NCBI GenBank assembly: GCA_963514005.1
Contig: OY740811.1
Span: 18,600,001-18,664,000, forward strand
Length of the DNA stretch: 64,000 bases
From: Raja brachyura
Taxonomy: Eukaryota
Direction: 5' to 3'
The notes under the pieces were generated by a model. The model worked only from the letters and a program-made list of their open reading frames with translations, made no database searches and had not been told where the DNA came from. The translations under genes and the position numbers were made by a program. Below, piece after piece: positions 10,901 through 25,900 of this stretch. How positions within the stretch are numbered: the first letter of the stretch is position 1; each line of letters opens with the position of its first letter.

Positions 10901-13900
10901 ACGCAGAAGTTACTCCTTTGTTGAAGAGAAGGGCAAAGGTGATTGCAAAATCGACAGGCCTTTACATAAATTAACACCACACATGAAGTTGATAAGAGTA
11001 CTTTAGTTGCCTTCTAACACATAAATCAGAACATCAGTAAAGAAACTAAGAATTAGGAGCAGGAGTCAAAGATATGGCCATTTGAATTAGCAATCTTCGA
11101 CTTCAGGTCCATTTACCAGCACTATCAACATATTGTTGAATATTCAATAGAAACGTTGGTTCTAGTCCGAAGAATGGTCCCGACTAGAAACATCACCTAT
11201 TCAAGATTCCCAGAGATGATGCCTGACACGATCAGTTACTCAAGCACTTTGTTTCTTATATTTGTAATCCAATATCCGCTGTACTTTGTATTCCTAGTCT
11301 TTGCAATTTCTTCTCATGCTGCTAAATCACAATTTCTGCTGTCTTTCCCGTGAATCTGTGTCGCATTCCCTCCATGGCATGGACATATTTTGTTTCCTTA
11401 ATAAGCTGATAACTACAAGCAACTCTCGAGGTTCAGTCGCACTGAAGTGCCTATAGTCTGTTGTGGCAATTTTTTTAACTTGGTTATTATGTAGCGGACA
11501 TTAAAACATACTGGATGACGCTCGTAAGAGCTTTTATATTGCTGTTAACATTGCCTTCTTATAATGGGAGTGATGTACTCACCAGGAGGTTCGGTAACTT
11601 GACCTGAAAGGAGAAACAAACAATTCAGTTAATAATCATTTGAAACATGTTAAGCTCAAATGATTGGCGGCAAATATCTGCCCCATCTGTGCAAAAGTCT
11701 GCGCACCACACGTTGAGCTCATCAATCACAACAGAAGTCATAGACCCTGAGAAGAGGCAGCCACCCTCCATCTAAATGGACTGTGAAAGAAGGAAGAGTG
11801 TTTAAAGTGGGGACGATTTTACTATTGGAAAGTCTGGAAACAGAGGGACAGGAAGAAGGTGGCTAAGCAAAAGGTGAGTGTTATTACAGCCAGTGTTATA
11901 AGCTCCACTCATAATTCAGTAGCTAATATTCACAAATGATTTTTTACAATTGTCTCATACTCACAAAAGGAATCGGGGCAGGTGAATCGTATTCTGTAAT
12001 CTTGACATGCCCGATCAGGTTGGTTGCTGTTCATACAAAAGAATCCAGTAGAAACGTTGCAACTGTTGAGTAGAATGTAGGGAGGTGTGAAACCACTGAT
12101 GCACTTTGAATGAAATAACAGAAGTGCTATAATATGGCTGGCTCTATTTTGTACCTGGCAATGTTCTCTCCAGTCTGTGAGGCTGGAATCCCTGACGTTG
12201 TCTCCACCTCACAGGCAATTGGATCCGTGCAGATCTGACCAGGATTCTCATTTCGCAGATGGGGGAAGACTTCATAATCTCCAAATCCTGATGGGTTATC
12301 ACGGTCAAACCACGCAGTTTTGCAATCCCCTACTGAAGAGCAGAAAGAGAAAGTAGATTCAATGTGAACATTGGGTCTGATGGATTGACAAAATGTTGTA
12401 GCAAATTAGCTCGGCAGGTCGCATCTCTAGAGGAATGAAATAGGTGACGGTTCATGTCGAGACCATTCATCAAACTGAGAGACAGGTGAGAGAGAAATCA
12501 GAGGTTTGAAAATGTACAGAACAAATCAGAGCCTGCACTAATGGCCAAAGAGCCCACATGGTTCTTTGTTGACTTTGGAGGAGATAATAACGAGTGGATA
12601 CAAACAGTAAAACTAGCAGGGTTACACAAAAAGCTGGAGAAACTCAGCGGGTGAGCAGCATCTAAGGGGCGAAGGAGATAGGTGACGTTTCGGGTCGAGA
12701 CCCTTTTTCAGACTGGTCAGGCATCAGGGAAACGAGAGATATAAACAGTGATGTGGAGAGATAAAGAGAGTTGGAAGGAAGGGGGTATCACAGAGGGCGA
12801 GCAGTTAGAGAGGAGGTTGTGAAACAGTCTTCGTAGGGAGGAGGAGAACTTCTTCAAAGTAGGCATACCTTGAGGAGATATCGCAGTGGAGTGGACAAAG
12901 TGTTAAAGAAGGAACTGCAGATGCTGGAGAATCGAGGGATACACAAAAAGCTGGAGAAACTCAGCGGGTGCAGCAGCATCTAAGGGGCGAAGGAGATAGG
13001 CGATGTTTCGGGTCGAGACCCTTCTTCAGACTGGTCAGGGATCAGGGAAACGAGATATATAAACAATGATGTGGAGAGATTAAGAGAGTTGGAGGGAAGG
13101 ATGATTGTGGCACGTGAGGGATGAAGAGAGAAGGAATGCAAGGGTTACTTTAATTTAAAATAATCAATATTCATAATGCTGGGTTGTAAGCTGAGCAAGC
13201 GAAATATGAGGTGCTGTTCCTCTAATTTGCATATGTCCGAACTCTGACAGTGGAGGTGGCCCAGGACAGAACGAGTCTGTCTCCACTATATGAATGCTTT
13301 TCTCTCCTGTGCCGCTTCCACTGTGAGAGTAAGGCCTTATGCAAATTGGAGTAACAGCACCTCATATTTCAGTTGTGTATCTTACAACCCAATGGTATGC
13401 ATATTAATATTTCTAATTTCATGTAATCTTCGCCTTCCACCTCTCTCCGTCTCTTCTCCTCCTTACTTGACCGATGAGGTTTATTATTGTGGGCTCTTTT
13501 GCCATCGGTGCCAGATCTGATTTGTTCTGTACCTTTTCATACCTCTAGTTTCCCTCTCCCCTGTCTCTCGGAATAAAGACAGGTTTCGAACCTAAACGTC
13601 ATCTATTCCAGCTCCCTCCATCTTGTTCACTGTCCTCCCATAACTTCACTTATTTCTTCTTGCCACATATTTGCTGATGTAGGTGACTGTTTCCTCTCAC
13701 TGCTGTCATTGGTCCTGACCCCTTCAGATGAATCGCCATCACTCTCTCCTCAATAAAATCCCAACTTTCTAAAATATCAGCCTGATACCAAGTCACAGAA
13801 TTACAACAAAATCCATGTCTATTTTCTCTGGTCCTCCTCATGACAATCCCACCTGCACTCCTGAATCATGCCTGGCAGATTACTCAAATCAGTCTTAAGT

Positions 13901-16900
13901 GAATCTCTTTCCTCACATGAACAAGTGCTGTCAGAGGACCGGAGAAACGCAGAAGTTGCTCTTAGCAATTTCCTAGTCTTTGCAATTTCTTCTCATGCGG
14001 CTAAATCACAATTTCTGCTGTCTTTCCCGTGAATCTGTTTCGCATTCCCTCCATGGCATGGACATATTTTGTTTCCTTAATAAGCTGATAACTACAAGCA
14101 ACTCTCGAGGTTCAGTCGCACTGAAGTGCCTATAATCTGTTGTGGCAGTTTTTTTAACTTGGTTATTATGTAGCGGACATTAAAACATACTGGATGACGC
14201 TCGTAAGAGCTTTTATATTGCTGTTAACATTGCCTTCTTATAATGGGAGTGATGTACTCACCAGGAGGTTCGGTAACTTGACCTGAAAGGAGAAACAAAC
14301 AATTCAGTTAACTATCATTTGAAACATGTTGAGCTCAAATGATTGGCGGCAAATATCTGCCCCATCTGTGTAAAAGTCTGCGCACCACACGTTGAGCTCA
14401 TCAATCACAACAGAAGTCATAGACCCTGAGAAGAGGCAGCCACCCTCCATCTAAATGGACTGTGAAAGAAGGAAGAATGTTTAAAGTGGGGACGATTTTA
14501 CTCTTGGAAAGTCTGGAAACAGAAGGACAGGAAGAAGGTGGCTAAGCAAAAGGTGAGTGTTATTACAGCCAGTGTTATAAGCTCCACTCATAATTCAGTA
14601 GCTAATATTCACAAATGATTTTGTACAATTGTGTCATACTCACAAAAGGAATCGGGGCAGGTGAATCGTATTCTGTAATCTTGACATGCGCGATCAGGTT
14701 GGATGCTGTTCATACAAAAGAATCCAGTAGAAACGTTGCAACTGTTGAGTAGAATGTAGGGAGGTGTGATAAAGTAGTTGATAAAACCACTTTGAATGAA
14801 ATAATAGAAGTGCTATAATATGGCTGGCTCTATTTTGTACCTGGCAATGTTCTCTCCAGTCTGTGAGGCTGGAATCCCTGACGTTGTCTCCACCTCACAG
14901 GCAATTGGATCCGTGCAGATCTGACCAGGATTCTCATTTCGCAGATGGGGGAAGACTTCATAATCTCCAAATCCTGATGGGTTATCACGGTCAAACCACG
15001 CAGTTTTGCAATCCCCTACTGAAGAGCAGAAAGAGAAAGTAGATTCAATGTGAACATTGGGTCTGATGGATTGACAAAATGTTGTAGCAAATTAGCTCGG
15101 CAGGTCGCATCTCTAGAGGAATGAAATAGGTGACGGTTCATGTCGAGACCATTCATCAAACTGAGAGACAGGTGAGAGAGAAATCAGAGGTTTGAAAATG
15201 TACAGAACAAATCAGAGCCTGCACTAATGGCCAAAGAGCCCACATGGTTCTTTGCTGACTTTGGAGGAGGGAATTACGAGGGGATACAAACAGTAAAACT
15301 AGCAGGATGATTGTGGCAGGTGAGGGATGAAGAAAGAAGGAATGCAATGGTTACTTTAATTTAAAATAATGTATATTCATAATGCTGGGTTGTAAGCTGA
15401 GCAAGCGAAATATGAGGCTGTCCCTGTAATTTGCGTGTATCCGAACTCTGACAGTGGAGGTGGCCCAGGACAGAACGAGTCTGTCTCCACTATATGAATG
15501 CTTTTCTGTCCTGTGCCCCTTCCACTGTGAGAGTAAGGCCTTATGCAAATTGGAGTAACAGCACCTCATATTTCAGTTGTGTATCTTACAACCCAATGGT
15601 ATGCATATTAATATTTCTAATTTCATGTAATCTTCGCCTTCCACCTCTCTCCGTCTCTTCTCCTCCTTACTTGACCGATGAGGTTTATTATTGTGGGCTC
15701 TTTTGCCATCGGTGCCAGATCTGATTTGTTCTGTACCTTTTCATACCTCTAGTTTCCCTCTCCCCTGTCTCTCGGAATAAAGACAGGTTTCAAACCTAAA
15801 CGCCATCTATTCCAGCTCCCTCCACCTTGTTCACTGTCCTCCCATAACTTCACTTATTTCCTCTTGCCCAATATTTGCTGATGTTGGTGACTGTTTCCTC
15901 TCACTGCTGTCATTGGTCCTGACCCCTTCAGATGAATCGCCATCACTCTCTCCTCAATAAAATCCCAACTTTGTAAAATATCAGCCTGATACCAAGTCAC
16001 AGAATTACAACAAAATCCATGTCTATTTTTTCTGGTCCTCCTCATGACAATCCCACCTGCACTCCTGAATCATGCCTGGCAGATTACTCAAATGAGTCTT
16101 AAGTGAGTCTCTTTCCTCACATGAACAAGTGCTGTCAGAGGACCGGAGAAACGCAGAAGTTACTCCTTTGTTGAAGAGAGGGGCAAAGGTGATTGCAAAA
16201 AAGGCAGGCCTTTAGGATAAATTAACACCACACATGAAGTTGATAAGAGTACTTTAGTTGCCTTCTAACACATTAATCAGAACATCAGTAAAGAAAGTAA
16301 GAATTAGGAGCAGGAGTCAAAGATATGGCCATTTGAATTAGCAATCTTCGACTTCAGATCCATTTACCCGCACTATCAACATATTGTTGAATGTCCAGTA
16401 GAAACGTTGGTTCTAGTCCGAAGAATGGTCCCGACTAGAAACATCACCTATTCAAGATTCCCAGAGATGATGCCTGACACGATCAGTTACTCAAGCACTT
16501 TGTTTCTTATATTTGTAATCCAATATCCGCTGTACTTTGTATTCCTAGTCTTTGCAATTTCTTCTCATGCGGCTAAATCACAATTTCTGCTGTCTTTCCC
16601 GTGAATCTGTGTCGCATTCCCTCCATAGCATGGACATATTTTGTTTCCTTAATAAGCTGATAACTACAAGCAACTCTCGAGGTTCAGTCGCACTGAAGTG
16701 CCTATAATCTGCTGTGGCAATTTTTTTAACTTGGTTATTATGTCGCGGACATTAAAACATACTGGATGACGCTCGTAAGAGCTTTTATATTGCTGTTAAC
16801 ATTGCCTTCTTATAATGGGAGTGATGTACTCACCAGGAGGTTCGGTAACTTGACCTGAAAGGAGAAACAAACAATTCAATTAATAATAATTTTAAACATG

Positions 16901-19900
16901 TTGAGCTCAAATGATTGGCAGTAAATATCTGCCCCATCTGTGAAAAAGTCTGCACACCACACGTTGACCTCAGCAACTACAACAGAACTCATAGAACCAG
17001 AAAAGAGGCATGACACCCTCCATCTAAATGGACAGTGAAAGAAGGAGGAGTGTTTAAGGTGGGGATGCATTTACTATTGGAAAGTCTGGAAATCAGCAAA
17101 AGGAGGGACAGGAAGAAGGTGGATAAGCTAAATGTGAGTAGTTATTACAATGTTATAATCAGCTTAACTCATAATTCAGTAGCTAATATTCACAAATGAT
17201 TTTTTATGATTGCCTTATACTTACAAAAGGAATCGGGGCAGGTGAATCGTATTCTGTAATCTTGACATGAGAGATCACGTTGGTTGATGTTCAGACAAAA
17301 GAATCCAGTAGAAACGTTGCAACTGTTGAGTAGAATGTAGGGAGGTGTGATAAAGCAGTTGATAAAATTACTGATGCTCTTTGAATGAAATAATAAAAGT
17401 GCAATAATATGGCCGGCCATATTTTGTACCTGGCAATGTTCTCTCCAGTCTGTGAGGCAGGAAGCCCTGACGTTGTCTCCACCTCACAGGCGAGTGGATC
17501 CGTGCAGATCTGACCGGGATTCTCATTTCGCAGATGGGGGAAGGTTTCATAATCTCCAAATCCTGATGGGTTATCACGGTCAAACCACGGAGTTTTGCAA
17601 TTCCCTACTGAAGAGCAGAAAGAGAAAGTAGATTGAAAGTGAACATTGGGTCTGACATATTGACACAAAATGATGGAGTAAATTAGCACCAAGTAGCGTC
17701 TCTAAAGGTAATTAGGAGCAGGAGTCAAAGATATGGCCATTTGAATTAGCAATATTCGACTTCAGGTCCATTTACCAGCACTATCAACATATTGTTGAAT
17801 GTCCAGTAGAAACGTTGGTTCCAGTCCGAAGAATGGTCCCGACTAGAAACATCACCTATTCAAGATTCCCAGAGATGATGCCTGACACGATCAGTTACTC
17901 AAGCACTTTGTTTCTTATATTTGTAATCCAATATCCGCTGTACTTTGTATTCCTAGTCTTTGCAATTTCTTTTCATGCGGCTAAATCACAATTTCTGCTG
18001 TCTTTCCCGTGAATCTGTTTCGCATTCCCTCTATGGCATGGACATATTTTGTTTCCTTCATAAGCTGATAACTACAAGCAACTCTCGAGGTTCAGTCGCA
18101 CTGAAGTGCCTATAATCTGTTGTGGCAGTTTTTTTAACTTGGTTATTATGTAGCGGACATTAAAACATACTGGATGACGCTCGTAAGAGCTTTTATATTG
18201 CTGTTAACATTGCCTTCTTATAATGGGAGTGATGTACTCACCAGGGGGTTCGGTAACTTGACCTGAAAGGAGAAACAAACAATTCAGTTAACTATCATTT
18301 GAAACATGTTGAGCTCAAATGATTGGCAGCAAATATCTGCCCCATCTGTGCAAAAGTCTGCGCACCACACGTTGAGCTCATCAATCACAACAGAAGTCAT
18401 AGACCCTGAGAAGAGGCAGCCACCCTCCATCTAAATGGACTGTGAAAGAAGGAAGAGTGTTTAAAGTGGGGACGATTTTACTCTTGGAAAGTCTGGAAAC
18501 AGAAGGACAGGAAGAAGGTGGCTAAGCAAAAGGTGAGTGTTATTACAGCCAGTGTTATAAGCTCCACTCATAATTCAGTAGCTAATATTCACAAATGATT
18601 TTGTACAATTGTGTCACACTCACAAAAGGAATCGGGGCAGGTGAATCGTATTCTGTAATCTTGACATGCGCGATCAGGTTGGATGCTGTTCATACAAAAG
18701 AATCCAGTAGAAACGTTGCAACTGTTGAGTAGAATGTAGGGAGGTGTGATAAAGTAGTTGATAAAACCACTTTGAATGAAATAATAGAAGTGCTATAATA
18801 TGGCTGGCTCTATTTTGTACCTGGCAATGTTCTCTCCAGTCTGTGAGGCTGGAATCCCTGACGTTGTCTCCACCTCACAGGCAATTGGATCCGTGCAGAT
18901 CTGACCAGGATTCTCATTTCGCAGATGGGGGAAGACTTCATAATCTCCAAATCCTGATGGGTTATCACGGTCAAACCACGCAGTTTTGCAATCCCCTACT
19001 GAAGAGCAGAAAGAGAAAGTAGATTCAATGTGAACATTGGGTCTGATGGATTGACAAAATGTTGTAGCAAATTAGCTCGGCAGGTCGCATCTCTAGGGGA
19101 ATGAAATAGGTGACGGTTCATGTCGAGACCATTCATCAAACTGAGAGACAGGTGAGAGAGAAATCAGAGGTTTGAAAATGTACAGAACAAATCAGAGCCT
19201 GCACTAATGGCCAAAGAGCCCACATGGTTCTTTGCTGACTTTGGAGGAGGGAATTACGAGGGGATACAAACAGTAAAACTAGCAGGATGATTGTGGCAGG
19301 TGAGGGATGAAGAAAGAAGGAATGCAATGGTTACTTTAATTTAAAATAACGTATATTCATAATGCTGGGTTGTAAGCTGAGCAAGCGAAATATGACGTGT
19401 TGTTCCTCTAATTTGCATGTGTCCGAACTCTGACAGTGGAGGTGGCCCAGGACAGAACGAGTCTGTCTCCACTATATGAATGCTTTTCTCTCCTGTGCCC
19501 CTTCCACTGTGAGAGTAAGGCCTTATGCAAATTGGAGTAACAGCACCTCATATTTCAGTTGTGTATCTTACAACCCAATGGTATGCATATTAATATTTCT
19601 AATTTCATGTAATCTTCGCCTTCCACCTCTCTCCGTCTCTTCTCCTCCTTACTTGACCGATGAGGTTTATTATTGTGGGCTCTTTTGCCATCGGTGCCAG
19701 ATCTGATTTGTTCTGTACCTTTTCATACCTCTAGTTTCCCTCTCCCCTGTCTCTCGGAATAAAGACAGGTTTCGAACCTAAACGCCATCTATTCCAGCTC
19801 CCTCCACCTTGTTCACAGTCCTCCCATAACTTCACTAATTTCCTCTTGCCCAATATTTGCTGATGTAGGTGACTGTTTCCTCTCACTGCTGTCATTGGTC

Positions 19901-22900
19901 CTGACCCCTTCAGATGAATCGCCATCACTCTCTCCTCAATAAAATCCCAACTTTGTAAAATATCAGCCTGATACCAAGTCACAGAATTACAACAATATCC
20001 ATGTCTATTTTTTCTGGGCCTCCTCATGACAATCCCACCTGCACTCCTGAATCATGCCTGGCAGATTACTCAAATGAGTCTTAAGTGAGTCTCTTTCCTC
20101 ACATGAACAAGTGCTGTCAGAGGACCGGAGAAACGCAGAAGTTACTCCTTTGTTGAAGAGAGGGGCAAAGGTGATTGCAAAAACGACAGGCCTTTAGGAT
20201 AAATTAACACCACACATGAAGTTGATAAGAGTACTTTAGTTGCCTTCTAACACATTAATCAGAACATCAGTAAAGAAAGTAAGAATTAGGAGCAGGAGTC
20301 AAAGATATGGCCATTTGAATTAGCAATCTTCGACTTCAGATCCATTTACCAGCACTATCAACATATTGTTGAATGTCCAGTAGAAACGTTGGTTCTAGTC
20401 CGAAGAATGGTCCCGACTAGAAACATCACCTATTCAAGATTCCCAGAGATGATGCCTGACACGATCAGTTGCTCAAGCACTTTGTTTCTTATATTTGTAA
20501 TCCAATATCCGCTGTACTTTGTATTCCTAGTCTTTGCAATTTCTTCTCATGCGGCTAAATCACAATTTCTGCTGTCTTTCCCGTGAATCTGTTTCGCATT
20601 CCCTCCATAGCATGGGCATATTTTGTTTCCTTAATAAGCTGATAACTACAAGCAACTCTCGACGTTCAGTCGCACTGAAGTGCCTATAATCTGCTGTGGC
20701 AATTTTTTAAACTTGGTTATTATGTAGCGGACATTAAAACATACTGGATGACGCTCGTAAGAGCTTTTATATTGCTGTTAACATTGCCTTCTTATAATGG
20801 GAGTGATGTACTCACCAGGGGGTTCGGTAACTTGACCTGAAAGGAGAAACAAACAATTCAGTTAACTATCATTTGAAACATGTTGAGCTCAAATGATTGG
20901 CAGCAAATATCTGCCCCATCTGTGCAAAAGTCTGCGCACCACACGTTGAGCTCATCAATCACAACAGAAGTCATAGACCCTGAGAAGAGGCAGCCACCCT
21001 CCATCTAAATGGACTGTGAAAGAAGGAAGAGTGTTTAAAGTGGGGACGATTTTACTCTTGGAAAGTCTGGAAACAGAAGGACAGGAAGAAGGTGGCTAAG
21101 CAAAAGGTGAGTGTTATTACAGCCAGTGTTATAAGCTCCACTCATAATTCAGTAGCTAATATTCACAAATGATTTTGTACAATTGTGTCATACTCACAAA
21201 AGGAATCGGGGCAGGTGAATCGTATTCTGTAATCTTGACATGCGCGATCAGGTTGGATGCTGTTCATACAAAAGAATCCAGTAGAAACGTTGCAACTGTT
21301 GAGTAGAATGTAGGGAGGTGTGATAAAGTAGTTGATAAAACCACTTTGAATGAAATAATAGAAGTGCTATAATATGGCTGGCTCTATTTTGTACCTGGCA
21401 ATGTTCTCTCCAGTCTGTGAGGCTGGAATCCCTGACGTTGTCTCCACCTCACAGGCAATTGGATCCGTGCAGATCTGACCAGGATTCTCATTTCGCAGAT
21501 GGGGGAAGACTTCATAATCTCCAAATCCTGATGGGTTATCACGGTCAAACCACGCAGTTTTGCAATCCCCTACTGAAGAGCAGAAAGAGAAAGTAGATTC
21601 AATGTGAACATTGGGTCTGATGGATTGACAAAATGTTGTAGCAAATTAGCTCGGCAGGTCGCATCTCTAGGGGAATGAAATAGGTGACGGTTCATGTCGA
21701 GACCATTCATCAAACTGAGAGACAGGTGAGAGAGAAATCAGAGGTTTGAAAATGTACAGAACAAATCAGAGCCTGCACTAATGGCCAAAGAGCCCACATG
21801 GTTCTTTGCTGACTTTGGAGGAGGGAATTACGAGGGGATACAAACAGTAAAACTAGCAGGATGATTGTGGCAGGTGAGGGATGAAGAAAGAAGGAATGCA
21901 ATGGTTACTTTAATTTAAAATAATGTATATTCATAATGCTGGGTTGTAAGCTGAGCAAGCGAAATATGAGGTGTTGTTCCTCTTATTTGCATGTGTCCGA
22001 ACTCTGACAGTGGAGGTGGCCCAGGACAGAACGAGTCTGTCTCCACTATATGAATGCTTTTCTCTCCTGTGCCCCTTCCACTGTGAGAGTAAGGCCTTAT
22101 GCAAATTGGAGTAACAGCACCTCATATTTCAGTTGTGTATCTTACAACCCAATGGTATGCATATTAATATTTCTAATTTCATGTAATCTTCGCCTTCCAC
22201 CTCTCTCCGTCTCTTCTCCTCCTTACTTGACCGATGAGGTTTATTATTGTGGGCTCTTTTGCCATCGGTGCCAGATCTGATTTGTTCTGTACCTTTTCAT
22301 ACCTCTAGTTTCCCTCTCCCCTGTCTCTCGGAATAAAGACAGGTTTCGAACCTAAACGCCATCTATTCCAGCTCCCTCCACCTTGTTCACTGTCCTCCCA
22401 TAACTTCACTAATTTCCTCTTGCCCAATATTTGCTGATGTAGGTGACTGTTTCCTCTCACTGCTGTCATTGGTCCTGACCCCTTCAGATGAATCGCCATC
22501 ACTCTCTCCTCAATAAAATCCCAACTTTGTAAAATATCAGCCTGATACCAAGTCACAGAATTACAACAATATCCATGTCTATTTTTTCTGGGCCTCCTCA
22601 TGACAATCCCACCTGCACTCCTGAATCATGCCTGGCAGATTACTCAAATGAGTCTTAAGTGAGTCTCTTTCCTCACATGAACAAGTGCTGTCAGAGGACC
22701 GGAGAAACGCAGAAGTTACTCCTTTGTTGAAGAGAGGGGCAAAGGTGATTGCAAAAACGACAGGCCTTTACGATAAATTAACACCACACATGAAGTTGAT
22801 AAGAGTACTTTAGTTGCCTTCTAACACATTAATCAGAACATCAGTAAAGAAAGTAAGAATTAGGAGCAGGAGTCAAAGATATGGCCATTTGAATTAGCAA

Positions 22901-25900
22901 TCTTCGATTTCAGATCCATTTACCAGCACTATCAACATATTGTTGAATGTCCAGTAGAAACGTTGGTTCTAGTCCGAAGAATGGTCCCGACTAGAAACAT
23001 CACCTATTCAAGATTCCCAGAGATGATGCCTGACACGATCAGTTGCTCAAGCACTTTGTTTCTTATATTTGTAATCCAATATCCGCTGCACTTTGTATTC
23101 CTAGTCTTTGCAATTTCTTCTCATGCGGCTAAATCACAATTTCTGCTGTCTTTCCCGTGAATCTGTTTCGCATTCCCTCCATAGCATGGGCATATTTTGT
23201 TTCCTTAATAAGCTGATAACTACAAGCAACTCTCGACGTTCAGTCGCACTGAAGTGCCTATAATCTGCTGTGGCAATTTTTTTAACTTGGTTATTATGTA
23301 GCGGACATTAAAACATACTGGATGACGCTCGTAAGAGCTTTTATATTGCTGTTAACATTGCCTTCTTATAATGGAGTGATGTACTCACCAGGAGGTTCGG
23401 TAACTTGACCTGAAAGGAGAAACAAACAATTCAATTAATAATATTTTTTAAACATGTTGAGCTCAAATGATTGGCAGTAAATATCTGCCCCATCTGTGAA
23501 AGAGTCTGCACACCACACGTTGACCTCATCAACCACAACAGAACTCATGGAACCAGAAAAGAGGCATGACACCCTCCATCTAAATGGACAGTGAAAGAAG
23601 GAGGAGTGTTTAAGGTGGGGATGAATTTACTATTGGAAAGTCTGGAAATCAGCAAAAGGAGGGACAGGAAGAAGGTGGATAAGCTAAATGTGAGTAGTTA
23701 TTACAATGTTATAATCAGCTTAACTCATAATTCAGTAGCTAATATTCACAAATGATTTTTTATGATTGCCTTATACTTACAAAAGGAATCGGGGCAGGTG
23801 AATCGTATTCTGTAATCTTGACATGAGAGATCACGTTGGTTGATGTTCAGACAAAAGAATCCAGTAGAAACGTTGCAACTGTTGAGTAGAATGTAGGGAG
23901 GTGTGATAAAGCAGTTGATAAAATTACTGATGCTCTTTGAATGAAATAATAAAAGTGCAATAATATGGCCGGCCATATTTTGTACCTGGCAATGTTCTCT
24001 CCAGTCTGTGAGGCAGGAAGCCCTGACGTTGTCTCCACCTCACAGGCGAGTGGATCCGTGCAGATCTGACCGGGATTCTCATTTCGCAGATGGGGGAAGG
24101 TTTCATAATCTCCAAATCCTGATGGGTTATCACGGTCAAACCACGGAGTTTTGCAATTCCCTACTGAAGAGCAGAAAGAGAAAGTAGATTGAAAGTGAAC
24201 ATTGGGTCTGACATATTGACACAAAATGATGGAGAAAATTAGCACCAAGTAGCGTCTCTAAAGGTAATTAGGAGCAGGAGTCAAAGATATGGCCATTTGA
24301 ATTAGCAATCTTCGACTTCAGGTCCATTTACCAGCACTATCAACATATTGTTGAATGTCCAGTAGAAACGTTGGTTCTAGTCCGAAGAATGGTCCCGACT
24401 AGAAACATCACCTATTCAAGATTCCCAGAGATGATGCCTGACACGATCAGTTACTCAAGCACTTTGTTTCTTATATTTGTAATCCAATATCCGCTGTACT
24501 TTGTATTCCTAGTCTTTGCAATTTCTTCTCATGCGGCTAAATCACAATTTCTGCTGTCTTTCCCGTAAATCTGTTTCGCATTCCCTCTATGGCATGGACA
24601 TATTTTGTTTCCTTAATAAGCTGATAACTACAAGCAACTCTCGAGGTTCAGTCGCACTGAAGTGCCTATAATCTGTTGTGGCAGTTTTTTTAACTTGGTT
24701 ATTATGTAGCGGACATTAAAACATACTGGACGACGCTCGTAAGAGCTTTTATATTGCTGTTAACATTGCCTTCTTATAATGGGAGTGATGTACTCACCAG
24801 GAGGTTCGGTAACTTGACCTGAAAGGAGAAACAAACAATTCAATTAATAATAATTTTAAACATGTTGAGCTCAAATGATTGGCAGTAAATATCTGCCCCA
24901 TCTGTGAAAGAGTCTGCACACCACACGTTGACCTCATCAACCACAACAGAACTCATGGAACCAGAAAAGAGGCATGACACCCTCCATCTAAATGGACAGT
25001 GAAAGAAGGAGGAGTGTTTAAGGTGGGGATGAATTTACTATTGGAAAGTCTGGAAATCAGCAAAAGGAGGGACAGGAAGAAGGTGGATAAGCTAAATATG
25101 AGTAGTTATTACAATGTTATAATCAGCTTAACTCATAATTCAGTAGCTAATATTCACAAATGATTTTTTATTATTGCCTTATACTCACAAAAGGAATCGG
25201 GGCAGGTGAATCGTATTCTGTAATCTTGACATGAGAGATCACGTTGGTTGATGTTCAGACAAAAGAATCCAGTAGAAACGTTGCAACTGTTGAGTAGAAT
25301 GTAGGGAGGTATGATAAAGCAGTTGATAAAATTACTGATGCTCTTTGAATGAAATAATAAAAGTGCAATAATATGGCCGGCCATATTTTGTACCTGGCAA
25401 TGTTCTCTCCAGTCTGTGAGGCAGGAAGCCCTGACGTTGTCTCCACCTCACAGGCGAGTGGATCCGTGCAGATCTGACCGGGATTCTCATTTCGCAGATG
25501 GGGGAAGGTTTCATAATCTCCAAATCCTGATGGGTTATCACGGTCAAACCACGGAGTTTTGCAATTCCCTACTGAAGAGCAGAAAGAGAAAGTAGATTGA
25601 AAGTGAACATTGGGTCTGACATATTGACACAAAATGATGGAGAAAATTAGCACCAAGTAGCGTCTCTAAAGGTAAGTTCCTGGAAAGTCATGTTTGATAA
25701 ACCTTCTTGAATTTTTTGAAGAGGTTACTAGGGAAATTGATGAGGGTAAAGCAGTGGATGTTGTCTATGTGGATTTCAGTAAGGCCTTTGACAAGGTTCC
25801 CCATGGAAGGTTGGTTAAGAAGGTTCAATCTTTGGGTGTTAATGGCGGAGTAGCAAGATGGATTCAACAGTGGCTGAATGGGAGATGTCAGAGAGTAATG

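Noticed and set aside
17291-17692. 133-aa ORF and its sisters (23847, 25255, 29132, and the 83-90 aa ORFs) as stand-alone genes
   Set aside because: They are exon A read through into flanking intron; splice sites delimit the conserved part exactly.
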